Shown: in pieces, positions 38,119 through 47,525 of the stretch
Layout: every line of letters starts with the position of its first letter
Position numbering within the stretch: position 1 is the first letter of the stretch
Origin: Candidatus Vogelbacteria bacterium
GTDB lineage: Bacteria; Patescibacteriota; Minisyncoccia; Phycocordibacterales; XYD1-FULL-46-19
Length of the DNA: 64,000 bases
Assembly (NCBI GenBank): GCA_021414225.1
Contig: JAIOOX010000002.1
Span: 161,118 to 225,117, forward strand
Direction of reading: 5' to 3'
Made by a program: the position numbers and the translations under genes
Notes under the pieces: model-generated
Told to the model about the DNA's origin: nothing
The model's database searches: none
Seen by the model: the letters and a program-made list of their open reading frames with translations, nothing else

Positions 38119-39708
38119 ATGAATTCTTACACGATACAATACGGCGATACTCTGAGCGGAATCGCATCAAAGACCGGTAAGAGCATCCAAGAACTGATGC
38201 GTCTTAATCCGTCTATTACTGATCCCAACAAAATATATGCTGGGCGTACTTTGTCGTTAGGAACATCAGCACCAGCTCCCGCACCAGCACCGACTCCTGC
38301 AGCAAAACAAACCATCGCTCAAGTAGCAAAGGTATCGGTTCCATCATATGTCGAAGACCCGACCACTACACAGATTGGAAATAGTTATAAAAGCACAGCT
38401 ACATCGCAGATAAATGAGGAAGCCATCAGAGCAGCAACGAGGTCCCGTATTCAAGGTCAAATTGATGCTATAAATGCCGCCGTTCAAGATCAGATTATAA
38501 ACTTCAGAAATACGACAGGAAAGAATCGCCAAGGGCAAAGTTATGCTCTTGCTGCTGCCGGTGGTCGAATCGGTAGTGCAACTGGTGAGTCAGAATTTCA
38601 AACCACTGAAGATTACAATAATCGTGAGGAGCAGACTTATCGTGATGAGGCAAATCTTAAAGTTTCTCAATTGTTTGGTCAGGCAAACAGAGATGCTGAT
38701 ACTGAAATCAAAGCAAGAAAAGAGTCGATTCAGCAGGGAATCGATAAATATTTTGAATTTTTGGATAACCAAGGGAAACGAAAGCGTGACCAAGTGTCGG
38801 CATTCGTCAAAAACATGCTTGCACTCGGCGTTGATCCGACATCCCTTAGTGACTCTGACTTTCAGAAGCTTCAGGATCAATATGGATTCACTAAGGATCA
38901 GCTCTCAACTCTATATAACGATGCCAAAGCAGAAAAAGATCAGACAGCAATCACGACTGAGAAAGCCAAGGTTGATCTCGATAAAGCTAAGAATGATGCA
39001 AACCAATTCAGCCTCAATGAAGGTGATGCTCGTTATGTTTATGATCCAGAAACTGGTACTGCAAAACTTATTGCAGCTCGAGCAAAGACTTATGCACCCA
39101 AGGGTGATGGCTCTGACTCTCCTGGCTCTACTCTCGGATACGATGATCCAAATTACACACTGGATTCAATTCGTAAATCAAAAGGCGGAAGATTCCTTAC
39201 TCAGGGTGAACTCAAACCTATTACGGATATTCAAACAATTGTTGGTCAGACCGAGGCACTTTCAACTCTTATTGGAAGTGTTGATACTGGTCCAATTGTT
39301 GGAATCGTAAAAAGTGCAAATCCATACGATACAAAAGCTCAGCTTATGAAAGCAGAGATCACAGCTATCGTGCCTAAACTTGCTCGAGGTGTGTACGGAG
39401 AAGTAGGTGTGCTCACTGATGCTGATATCGAGAATTATTCTCGCACTATCGCAAGCCTCAAGAATACTGCGGACGTAAACAAAGCAGTGATGGCAATGAC
39501 ACTTGAGATTGCAACTCGATCTCTCGCAAATCAATTGAACTCTCTATCGGCCGGTGGGAGGGATGTCTCTAAATTTGAATCAATCTACACAGGTCTTAAT
39601 GCAAAAGCTTCTTCAATCAAATCTCAACTCGGTGTCGGACAAGCTCCGGCAGCAGAATCTGCAGCTTTCACAAGTAAGAGCGGAAAGACCTATAACCTTC
39701 CAAATTAA
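38119..39708 (+). CDS. LysM-domain virion ejection/core protein
   Basis: YTIQYGDTLSGIA...LNPSITDPNKIYAG (LysM), PA linker, helical body, GEVGVLTDADI. Confidence 0.7.
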   Translation: MNSYTIQYGDTLSGIASKTGKSIQELMRLNPSITDPNKIYAGRTLSLGTSAPAPAPAPTPAAKQTIAQVAKVSVPSYVEDPTTTQIGNSYKSTATSQINEEAIRAATRSRIQGQIDAINAAVQDQIINFRNTTGKNRQGQSYALAAAGGRIGSATGESEFQTTEDYNNREEQTYRDEANLKVSQLFGQANRDADTEIKARKESIQQGIDKYFEFLDNQGKRKRDQVSAFVKNMLALGVDPTSLSDSDFQKLQDQYGFTKDQLSTLYNDAKAEKDQTAITTEKAKVDLDKAKNDANQFSLNEGDARYVYDPETGTAKLIAARAKTYAPKGDGSDSPGSTLGYDDPNYTLDSIRKSKGGRFLTQGELKPITDIQTIVGQTEALSTLIGSVDTGPIVGIVKSANPYDTKAQLMKAEITAIVPKLARGVYGEVGVLTDADIENYSRTIASLKNTADVNKAVMAMTLEIATRSLANQLNSLSAGGRDVSKFESIYTGLNAKASSIKSQLGVGQAPAAESAAFTSKSGKTYNLPN

Positions 39709-39711
39709 TTT

Positions 39712-42012
39712 ATGCTCACACGATTACAAATACAAGATAATATCGATGCGTTAGAAGAACAGGGCGCAAGTCATGACGAGATTCAGGAATGGCTCGATAG
39801 TTTACCTAAGCAATCTTCTCAAGCATCGGCTGAAGCTCCGAAGAAAGAGGGAATTTTTAAAAAGATAGGTAAAGCTGTCATTTCAAGTGAGCTTAAATTC
39901 GGAAAAAGCATTGCTGATGCGATGCCATCTTTCGTGCCAGGAAGTGCTGCATGGACGAATAAACAAAACGAACAAATTATGGCAAATCAACATGCCATGA
40001 TGGAAAATCTTCTTGTTCAAAGAAAGAAACTCAAAGCAGAAGGCAAAGATACTTCACGAATCGATGCTGCAATCCAAGATATGCAGGAACAGATGAGTAA
40101 ACCTGCAATTGATATCAACGAGACGAATGCTTCGGTAAATAAAACTGCAAAGCAGGTATTTGGTGAAGGTCTTGGTGTGGCTGCAGATATTCTTTCGGCT
40201 GGATCATACGGCAAAGCTGCTCAAGGCGCACAGAGCGGTAAGTTACTTATCGCAGGAAAAGCCTCAGGCAAGGTCGCAACTGTGCTCGGTAAAGCCGGTA
40301 TCGGAAGCACAGTCTCTCCTGCAGCCGGAGCACTTCCAAGCATCATCGGTGGAGGTACAAAAGCCCAAGCAGCTCTCAAAGGTGCATGGCAGGGTGCAAA
40401 ACAAGGTTTTACCTCTGGTGCTGTTTGGGGCACTGCTCAAGGTGCTACTCGAGCGATGCAGGATAACAAAAGCAATGTCGACATCGCCTCAGATGCTATT
40501 ACTGGTGGCGTGGTCGGAGGTGTGGCGGGTGGAACTGTTGGTGCAATTGTCGGAGGCACAAGCGGATACATCAATCGTCGACGAGAGATTAATCGAATGC
40601 TCAAACCTTCAATGACACCGGATGAGACGATGAACTCTCTCCATAAAGAAATTGCGACTCATGCCGACGAAACATCATTTAAAACTTCTATCGAGAAAGG
40701 CGACCTTACTATTGATCAGGTGTATCAAAAGAATGGTGCTCTTAATCCTGAACTTGCGAAAGGAAGGATAGACGACATCGCAGCAAATCTTGACCTTAAG
40801 GTCCCAGGAGCAGGAGAGAAATACAAAACTCTCATTGATCCAAACAATACGAGCTTCGATGAACTCATTTCAAAAGCTGATGATGTGATCGACGAGAGCA
40901 GGAAGATTCCTGCTGAGGCAATCAAGTACACAGTGAATGCTGAGGGTAAGAAAGTTGTCGATACAAAAGCAAATGAAGCTCTTAAAGCGGGTATTGCAGA
41001 TCAAGATATTGCTTTCATTAAAAATGCTTCTAAAGATGATAAGAAAATATTCGAAAAAGCTATGAAGGTTGCTGAGCAAGCATCAAAAGATAAAACTTAT
41101 GCGCGTCAGCCAGTTGAGCAGGCAGGTAGGGTAATTATCGATCAAGCAAATACTGTAGAAAATGCTCGTATGACAGTCGGGTCTGAGCTTGGCGTAGTCA
41201 GGTCGAAGCTTGCGGCTGTACCAGTGAATGTTACTGATACTGCACAAAACTTTTATGACGATCTATCTGATGCCGGTATCACGATCGGCAATGATGGTCT
41301 CGATTTCTCAAAATCAAAATATGCGAATGTACCAAAGATTCAGAAATTAATTGAAAGTGTTCACCAACGATTAGTGAGCGCAGGGGATACACCGAACGTA
41401 AAAACTGTAGATATGATTCGACAGCAGCTTGGTACTGAAGTTGATCTCGGAACTCTTGAAGGGAATCTCGATAAAAGTGCAAAAAGAATTCTTCAAAAGG
41501 TTTACGGAGGCCTCGGAGAAAATATCACTTACATTGATCCAAAGTATGCAGAGCTCTCTGACCAATATTCAAAACTTTCAAGTGCAATGGATTACTTCCA
41601 ACGAGCACTCGGAAAAGATTTTGATGCAACAAATATTAATTCTTCACTGAAAGCAGGCGAAGTCGGCCGACGAATGCTTGGCAACGCTGCATCACGTCCA
41701 TTAGCTGTAGTTGAAAATATCCAAGACCTTGCTCGAACATACGGATATAACCCAAATGTTGATTCTCGCAGTCAGATTCTTTTTGCAAGCTTCTTAGAAG
41801 ATCTCTTTGGTACGACTCAGACACAGAGTCTTCAAAGCCAGATGACAAAGGGTGTAAACGCAGCTGAGGAAGCTACGGGAGCTCTTACTGATGCCGCCAC
41901 AGGCAATGCCAGCGGTCTTATGTCCAAAGCTCTCCGTAAAGGTATCAATCTGGTCCGAAATATCACCCCAGAACGCCAAATTGAGGCCATACGAGCACTC
42001 ATTACTCCTTAA
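39712..42012 (+). CDS. DNA-transfer/ejection protein with glycine zipper
   Basis: GGVVGGVAGGTVGAIVGG, Ala/Gly-rich and helical; last structural gene. Confidence 0.6.
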   Translation: MLTRLQIQDNIDALEEQGASHDEIQEWLDSLPKQSSQASAEAPKKEGIFKKIGKAVISSELKFGKSIADAMPSFVPGSAAWTNKQNEQIMANQHAMMENLLVQRKKLKAEGKDTSRIDAAIQDMQEQMSKPAIDINETNASVNKTAKQVFGEGLGVAADILSAGSYGKAAQGAQSGKLLIAGKASGKVATVLGKAGIGSTVSPAAGALPSIIGGGTKAQAALKGAWQGAKQGFTSGAVWGTAQGATRAMQDNKSNVDIASDAITGGVVGGVAGGTVGAIVGGTSGYINRRREINRMLKPSMTPDETMNSLHKEIATHADETSFKTSIEKGDLTIDQVYQKNGALNPELAKGRIDDIAANLDLKVPGAGEKYKTLIDPNNTSFDELISKADDVIDESRKIPAEAIKYTVNAEGKKVVDTKANEALKAGIADQDIAFIKNASKDDKKIFEKAMKVAEQASKDKTYARQPVEQAGRVIIDQANTVENARMTVGSELGVVRSKLAAVPVNVTDTAQNFYDDLSDAGITIGNDGLDFSKSKYANVPKIQKLIESVHQRLVSAGDTPNVKTVDMIRQQLGTEVDLGTLEGNLDKSAKRILQKVYGGLGENITYIDPKYAELSDQYSKLSSAMDYFQRALGKDFDATNINSSLKAGEVGRRMLGNAASRPLAVVENIQDLARTYGYNPNVDSRSQILFASFLEDLFGTTQTQSLQSQMTKGVNAAEEATGALTDAATGNASGLMSKALRKGINLVRNITPERQIEAIRALITP

Positions 42013-42013
42013 A

Positions 42014-42031
42014 GTAATGCACCATTTTTTG
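42014..42031 (+). promoter_or_regulatory. Degenerate late-promoter motif, copy 4, before the lysis cassette
   Basis: GTAATGCACCATTTTTTG. Confidence 0.55.
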
Positions 42032-42057
42032 CCAAAAAGCGGATTTAAGCTTATGGC

Positions 42058-42339
42058 ATGGATAAAACAGATGGATTCAAGAAATTTCTTTATAACCAAG
42101 TCTCATTGGTGATCGGGATTGTCGGCGTATCTTTTGGAATTTTTAATATGCTCCAAGCTCCCAAGAGCGATATTCAGGTGATTGAGGCTCTCAACAATAT
42201 CAGAGACAACCACATTCATACGATAGAGGAAAACGTAAAGCGTATAGACGAAACTAACACCCAACAATATCAGGATACAAGCGATCGACTGACAAAAATT
42301 GAGACGATTCTTCAGGAACGATTACCATCTAAAAAATAA
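42058..42339 (+). CDS. Single-TM coiled-coil protein (holin/antiholin-like)
   Basis: One TM, then coiled coil RLTKIETIL; upstream of the endolysin. Confidence 0.55.
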   Translation: MDKTDGFKKFLYNQVSLVIGIVGVSFGIFNMLQAPKSDIQVIEALNNIRDNHIHTIEENVKRIDETNTQQYQDTSDRLTKIETILQERLPSKK

Positions 42340-42342
42340 TTT

Positions 42343-42948
42343 ATGAATATTCCATTTCAACAGACTTTAAACTATGCAACTGGTCCTACAAAGAAGATCG
42401 TTGTTGTACTTCATTTCACACTAGGAGCATATAGGGGAGCGGTAGAGTGGCTCTCAAATGCCAACAGACCGAATCGATCATCAGCCCATTTTGTTATCGG
42501 CCGAAATCAGGGAGAGATCGTGCAGCTTGTAAAAGTAACTGATATTGCATGGCACGCAGGAGGCATAAGCAATCCAAATGATCGAGCAAAAAAGATTATG
42601 CTCAAGAATTTGGACGGCTCATATGTGAATCCCAACCAATACACCATTGGTATCGAGCTTGCGGCCGGATATGACGTAGATCAGGACGGATTGGTCGAGC
42701 CGAATGAGAATGATGTCACCGAATGGCAGTATCAACAGCTCACTGAGCTTGTGAAGTCTTTCGTAAATAATCCAGAAACTGCATTTATTCTTGATCCGAA
42801 GAATATCATCATTCATGGAGATATCGCTGACTACAAAGAAAAGCCTGAGATTGTTCGTACCGAACTTCTCAAGCGATTGTTTCCGGTCCAGCCAGTAAAT
42901 AAAGAAGCGATCAAGTCTCAAATTATCAGCTTGCTAAACCAACTATGA
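42343..42948 (+). CDS. Endolysin, N-acetylmuramoyl-L-alanine amidase (Amidase_2)
   Basis: VVLHFT, SAHFVI, AWHAG, IGIEL, IIHGD. Confidence 0.9.
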   Translation: MNIPFQQTLNYATGPTKKIVVVLHFTLGAYRGAVEWLSNANRPNRSSAHFVIGRNQGEIVQLVKVTDIAWHAGGISNPNDRAKKIMLKNLDGSYVNPNQYTIGIELAAGYDVDQDGLVEPNENDVTEWQYQQLTELVKSFVNNPETAFILDPKNIIIHGDIADYKEKPEIVRTELLKRLFPVQPVNKEAIKSQIISLLNQL

Positions 42949-43025
42949 GATATGTATCACAAATTCTCATAGCGATCGCAGCATTTCTGTTTGCGTATGC
43001 GGTCTGGCTCGAGCATGTGCATTAA
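42945..43025 (+). CDS. 26-aa single-TM peptide in the lysis cassette
   Basis: MRYVSQILIAIAAFLFAYAVWLEHVH; ATGA overlap with the endolysin stop. Confidence 0.45.
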   Translation: MRYVSQILIAIAAFLFAYAVWLEHVH

Positions 43026-43041
43026 TAATTAAAAAATATTT

Positions 43042-43221
43042 ATGAGTAAAATTTATACATCAGCAAGTAAGATCGTTTTCATTCTCATGGCAGTCGCAGT
43101 GATTGTTGGAATGTTTTATGGAAAGGTAGATGCGAAGGATTTCATGATTCTGGCGTCTATGGCTTTCTCATTCTACTTTGCCAACAAAGGGGAGAGTAAC
43201 GAACCTTTCGCAGGTAAATAA
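43042..43221 (+). CDS. 59-aa two-TM holin-like protein
   Basis: MSKIYTSASKIVFILMAVAVIVGMFYGKVDAKDFMILASMAFSFYFANKGES... Confidence 0.7.
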   Translation: MSKIYTSASKIVFILMAVAVIVGMFYGKVDAKDFMILASMAFSFYFANKGESNEPFAGK

Positions 43222-43244
43222 GGGCTTATAGAGCAAAATAGAGC

Positions 43245-43280
43245 CTAAAAATAGCCCTATATAGGGCTGTTTTTAGTGTA
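43245..43280 (+). terminator. Hairpin ending the late operon
   Basis: CTAAAAATAGCCCTAT/ATAGGGCTGTTTTTAG. Confidence 0.7.
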
Positions 43281-43302
43281 TTTATCCACATTGGTGTGGT
43301 TG

Positions 43303-43331
43303 TTGCCTTATCTAATACTATCTGATACAAT
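43303..43331 (+). promoter_or_regulatory. Sigma-70 promoter of the cargo operon
   Basis: TTGCCT-N17-TACAAT; DnaA box TTATCCACA at 43282. Confidence 0.55.
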
Positions 43332-43358
43332 GTGATACGTACTGAGTATTACATACCT

Positions 43359-44423
43359 ATGGACGAAATAAAGGCAAAATTTAATAAAAGAATTCAAACA
43401 CCCGAGCCTCATATCGTGGGTCTTTTGGCTGAGATCGATGGTATTCGAGGAGAATTTAAATCGGGTCTTAGAATGACACCACAAGCAATCACTAGTCTCA
43501 AGAGATCGGTGCTTGTTACATCTGCCGGAGCTTCTACTCGTATTGAAGGCTCCAAACTTAATGACAAAGAAGTTGAAGAAGTTTTGCAAGGACTCGCTAA
43601 CTCAAAATTTGCTGAGAGAGATTACCAAGAAGTGCAGGGATATCTTGAAACACTTCAAAATGTTTTCAATAGTTTTGAAAATCTTCCGCTCAGAGAAGGT
43701 GTAATTTCGTCATTGCACAAAGAATTGCTCAAATACTCGAGTAAGGATGATCTTCATCGTGGCAAATACAAGCAAAAGGAGAACATCGTAGGTGTTCAGA
43801 GGGCAGATGGCACGATTGCAAAAATTGTTTTCGATACAACACCAGCTTGGCTTGCTCCAAAAGAGATGAAAGAGCTTGTTGATTGGACTTTTGAGGCATT
43901 GGAAGAAAATCGCTACCATCCGCTTCTAGTAATTGCCAATTTCCTCGTTGATTTTCTCAAAATTCACCCATTTGAAGACGGAAATGGGAGACTTTCACGT
44001 GTCCTCACCAATCTTTTGCTTCTTCGATCAGGCTATCAGTTCGTGCAGTATGTCTCCCATGAGCAGATTGTCGAGAGACGAAAAGACGAATACTATCTTG
44101 CTCTCAAAAAGTCCCAGGATACTTTTGGCAAGGAAAATGACACTATCGCACCTTGGCTTAATTTCTTCTTGGCGGTCATAAAAGAACAGGCAACCAAGGC
44201 TCTTGTTTATCTTCAAGAAGAAAAGTTTGAAGATACCTTGTCACCGAAGCAACTCGAGGTATGGAAGTATCTCTCGGGCAACGGAGAAACTAGCCCAGGT
44301 GATATCGCAAAGGCGGCAGGGATCGAAATAACTACAGTACGCAAAGCATTGGGTCGCCTTGTCGAACTTGAAAAGGTGAAAAGAACTGGCCGAGGCCCAG
44401 GAACTCGCTATGTCAAAATATAA
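43359..44423 (+). CDS. Fic-domain protein with C-terminal wHTH
   Basis: HPFEDGNGRLSR; N-terminal inhibitory motif STRIEG. Confidence 0.93.
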   Translation: MDEIKAKFNKRIQTPEPHIVGLLAEIDGIRGEFKSGLRMTPQAITSLKRSVLVTSAGASTRIEGSKLNDKEVEEVLQGLANSKFAERDYQEVQGYLETLQNVFNSFENLPLREGVISSLHKELLKYSSKDDLHRGKYKQKENIVGVQRADGTIAKIVFDTTPAWLAPKEMKELVDWTFEALEENRYHPLLVIANFLVDFLKIHPFEDGNGRLSRVLTNLLLLRSGYQFVQYVSHEQIVERRKDEYYLALKKSQDTFGKENDTIAPWLNFFLAVIKEQATKALVYLQEEKFEDTLSPKQLEVWKYLSGNGETSPGDIAKAAGIEITTVRKALGRLVELEKVKRTGRGPGTRYVKI

Positions 44424-45310
44424 TGAAAAAGAAAACCACTAAAAACAAATATAGATTCATCGACTTATTCGCAGGAATAGGAGGCTTTCACATTGCTTTC
44501 AATAAAGCTGGGGGTGAATGTGTATTTGCGAGCGAATGGGATGAGAAGGCTAGGAAAACTTATGAAGCGAATCATAGAAAAACAGACCCAGAGCTTTTTG
44601 AATCTGGAAATTTCGCAGGCGACATAACCAAAGTTGATGCAAAGAAAGTTCCAGATCATGAAATTTTAACGGGAGGATTCCCGTGTCAGCCTTTCAGTCA
44701 TGCGGGTTTCAAGAAAGGATTTACCGACTCTCGAGGGACTCTGTTCCACGATGTTGCAAGAATCATAAAAGAAAAGCAACCGAAAGCTTTCTTTCTTGAG
44801 AATGTCAGTCATCTATTCAAACACGATGATGGTAAAACTTTCGCAACTATCAAGAAAATAATCGAGGAAGACCTCGGGTATTCTTTCTATTATAAAATTG
44901 TCAAAGGCACTGACTTCAATGTGCCACAGTTCAGACCGAGATTGTTCATGGTTGGATTCAAGGACAAAAAAATTAATTTTGAATTCCCGAAGCCCGTAAA
45001 ACTGACAAAAACCATGTCGGATATTTGGGGAGGGAAATGTTCCAGAGAAGTGGGATTTACTTTGCGTGTCGGGGGGAGAGGTTCCAAGATAACAGATCGG
45101 AGAAATTGGGACTCTTATATAGTGGACGGAAAAGTCCGAAGACTTTCTCCTGTTGAAGGACGAAGAATGATGGGACTTCCTGAAAGCTTTATTTTTCCTG
45201 TTACCGACATACAGGCGATGAAGCAGTTGGGGAATGCGGTGGTCGTACCAGCCATTACCGCAGTTGCCAAGCAAATAATAAAAACATTGGACGAACATGA
45301 ACGAGCATAA
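44423..45310 (+). CDS. C5 cytosine methyltransferase (cognate to the HpaII-family REase)
   Basis: LFAGIGG, GGFPCQPFS, LENV, PQFRPR, GNAV. Confidence 0.93.
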   Translation: MKKKTTKNKYRFIDLFAGIGGFHIAFNKAGGECVFASEWDEKARKTYEANHRKTDPELFESGNFAGDITKVDAKKVPDHEILTGGFPCQPFSHAGFKKGFTDSRGTLFHDVARIIKEKQPKAFFLENVSHLFKHDDGKTFATIKKIIEEDLGYSFYYKIVKGTDFNVPQFRPRLFMVGFKDKKINFEFPKPVKLTKTMSDIWGGKCSREVGFTLRVGGRGSKITDRRNWDSYIVDGKVRRLSPVEGRRMMGLPESFIFPVTDIQAMKQLGNAVVVPAITAVAKQIIKTLDEHERA

Positions 45311-46400
45311 AACCATAAAGGGTAATAAGGGCGAATGGAGCGAATTTTACGCATTCATTAAAATACTTGCCGACAGGCAGATTTTTGCAGCGGATGAAAA
45401 TTTGAAGAAACTCAGCGATAAATTTTTTACGGTCCTCAAAATAATCAGAGAGGAAGCGAAGAACGGAAAGATAACTTACGATCTACAATCCGATGGAAAC
45501 GAAATAGCGATCTATAACGAGAAAGGAGATAAAATCGGAACCGCCAAATCCGACAATATCAAAAAAGAGGTAGCCGCCATTTTTTCAAAGATGAAAGAGG
45601 AAGCTAAGACCGCTGCATTTTCAATATCGGTGGCAGACAGTCTCATTGAAGAATTGGGTTGCACTCAAATCAAGGCTTCAAGCGGTAGCAAAGCCGATTT
45701 GATGCTTATGATACACGACAGAATAACCCCGACGACACCCGAGTTGGGATTCAGCATCAAATCAATGTTGGGATCGCCCTCGACTCTCCTTAACGCTTCG
45801 GGAGCAACCAATCTCATTTTCTCAGTTCAGGGATATAAAGGAAATATCGAGGAAGTGAACGCGATTGAAGGGAAGTCGAAGATGAGAGATCGAATGAAGC
45901 ATATCGCCACACACGGAGGAATTGTGAAATTCGAAGGAGTGCACAGTCCGGTATTCAAGAAAAACTTGTCCAAAATCGATACGATTTTCCCCGAGATAAT
46001 TGCGGAAATAATGAAAGCGTACTATTCGGGCAAGGGTTCGACCATGGAAGAATTGGTGACGGGAATTCTCGAAAACGACGAGTTCAAAACCAAGTATAAC
46101 CTCGACAGGGGCGATTACGAATACAAAATAAAGAATTTTTTGGTATCGGTGGCGCTGGGCATGACTCCGAAGAAAGAATGGGACGGATTCACCAAAGCTC
46201 ACGGCGGATACATTGTAGTAAAAGAAGACGGAGAAATCGTTTGCTATCACCTCTACAACAGAGACGAGTTTCAGAACTATCTCTATAAGAACACCAAATT
46301 GGAAACGCCGAGTACCACGCGCCACGGATACGGGTCTATTTATAAAGAGGGCGACAATCTGATGATGAAATTAAATTTGCAAATCAGATTCATCAAATAA
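45297..46400 (+). CDS. Type II restriction endonuclease, HpaII family
   Basis: GNKGEWSEFY, KADL, GFSIKS.LG.PSTLLNAS, KLNLQIRF. Confidence 0.82.
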   Translation: MNEHKTIKGNKGEWSEFYAFIKILADRQIFAADENLKKLSDKFFTVLKIIREEAKNGKITYDLQSDGNEIAIYNEKGDKIGTAKSDNIKKEVAAIFSKMKEEAKTAAFSISVADSLIEELGCTQIKASSGSKADLMLMIHDRITPTTPELGFSIKSMLGSPSTLLNASGATNLIFSVQGYKGNIEEVNAIEGKSKMRDRMKHIATHGGIVKFEGVHSPVFKKNLSKIDTIFPEIIAEIMKAYYSGKGSTMEELVTGILENDEFKTKYNLDRGDYEYKIKNFLVSVALGMTPKKEWDGFTKAHGGYIVVKEDGEIVCYHLYNRDEFQNYLYKNTKLETPSTTRHGYGSIYKEGDNLMMKLNLQIRFIK

Positions 46401-46445
46401 CGACTCGGCAAACTGTCGCCAACAGCGTAAAAAAAGTTTATAATA

Positions 46446-47525
46446 ATGATACTAATGAGTTCAAATCGTAAAACAATTAAAGTTATAGATTTATTCTGCG
46501 GTATCGGCGGTTTGACTCATGGACTCATCAAGGAGGGGTTGGATGTGGTGGCAGGAATCGACAACGATTCGTCATGCAAATTCGGATACGAATACAACAA
46601 CAAAACCCAGTTTATTGATAAAGACATTCTCAAAGTAACCGCCGAGCAGGTAAACGGTTTGTTCGGTCCCAAAAAGGATTCAATCAGAGTGCTTGCGGGT
46701 TGCGCTCCATGTCAGCCATTTTCAAAATTAAACCTCAAAGAGGTCACACAAAAACAACTTGAACCTCTGGGTAAATTTGCCCAACTTATTGCCGAGACTC
46801 TGCCTGATATCGTATCAATGGAAAACGTAAGCGGGCTCGCAGACGTGAAAAAATATCCCGTATTCGCAAACTTCCTCAAGACTCTTGACGATAACGGCTA
46901 TAAATATAAATACGAGGTTGTCGATGTGTCGGAATTCGGAGTGCCTCAAAAGAGAAAGAGACTCGTACTTCTCGCTTCAAAATTTGGAGAGATATCCTTG
47001 ATAAAAAGAACTCACAAAGACAAACGTGTGACGGTTCGAGATGTTATCAGTCACCTTGAACCAATAAAAGATGGCGATGTTAGCAAAAAAGACCCCCTGC
47101 ATCGAACTCGAAAACTCGCTCCAATAAATCTAAAGCGCATAAAAGCTACGCCTCACAATGGAGGTAATTCTGATAGCTGGTCTGACGATTTGATGCTAGA
47201 GTGCCACAAGAAAGAGTCTGGAAAGACCTACAGTAGCACCGTATATGGCCGAATGCGATGGGATGAGCCTGCACCAACTATGACCACACAGTGTATTGGT
47301 CTCGGAAACGGACGTTTCGGGCATCCGAAGCAAGATAGAGCGATCAGTCTTCGAGAAGCCGCTATTTTTCAAACATTCCCAGAAAATTACAAGTTCGTAC
47401 CTTCAAACGAGCCGATCGTCGTAGCTCGTGTGGCAAAATTCATCGGCAATGCAGTACCAGTAAGACTCGGATCGGTAATCGGCAAGAGTATCAAGAGCCA
47501 CCTCAAATCCTATGAAAAAAACTAA
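46446..47525 (+). CDS. C5 cytosine methyltransferase
   Basis: DLFCGIGG, GCAPCQPFS, MENV, PQKRKR, YGRM.WD.PAPT, GNAVP. Confidence 0.93.
   Translation: MILMSSNRKTIKVIDLFCGIGGLTHGLIKEGLDVVAGIDNDSSCKFGYEYNNKTQFIDKDILKVTAEQVNGLFGPKKDSIRVLAGCAPCQPFSKLNLKEVTQKQLEPLGKFAQLIAETLPDIVSMENVSGLADVKKYPVFANFLKTLDDNGYKYKYEVVDVSEFGVPQKRKRLVLLASKFGEISLIKRTHKDKRVTVRDVISHLEPIKDGDVSKKDPLHRTRKLAPINLKRIKATPHNGGNSDSWSDDLMLECHKKESGKTYSSTVYGRMRWDEPAPTMTTQCIGLGNGRFGHPKQDRAISLREAAIFQTFPENYKFVPSNEPIVVARVAKFIGNAVPVRLGSVIGKSIKSHLKSYEKN

Noticed and set aside
38543-39310. 255-aa alternative-frame ORF inside the LysM gene
   Set aside because: Leu/Ile/Met-rich pattern typical of an off-frame read of T-ending codons; no motif
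22228-43221. Stop-codon recoding in the prophage
   Set aside because: All genes are full length and tightly packed under code 11
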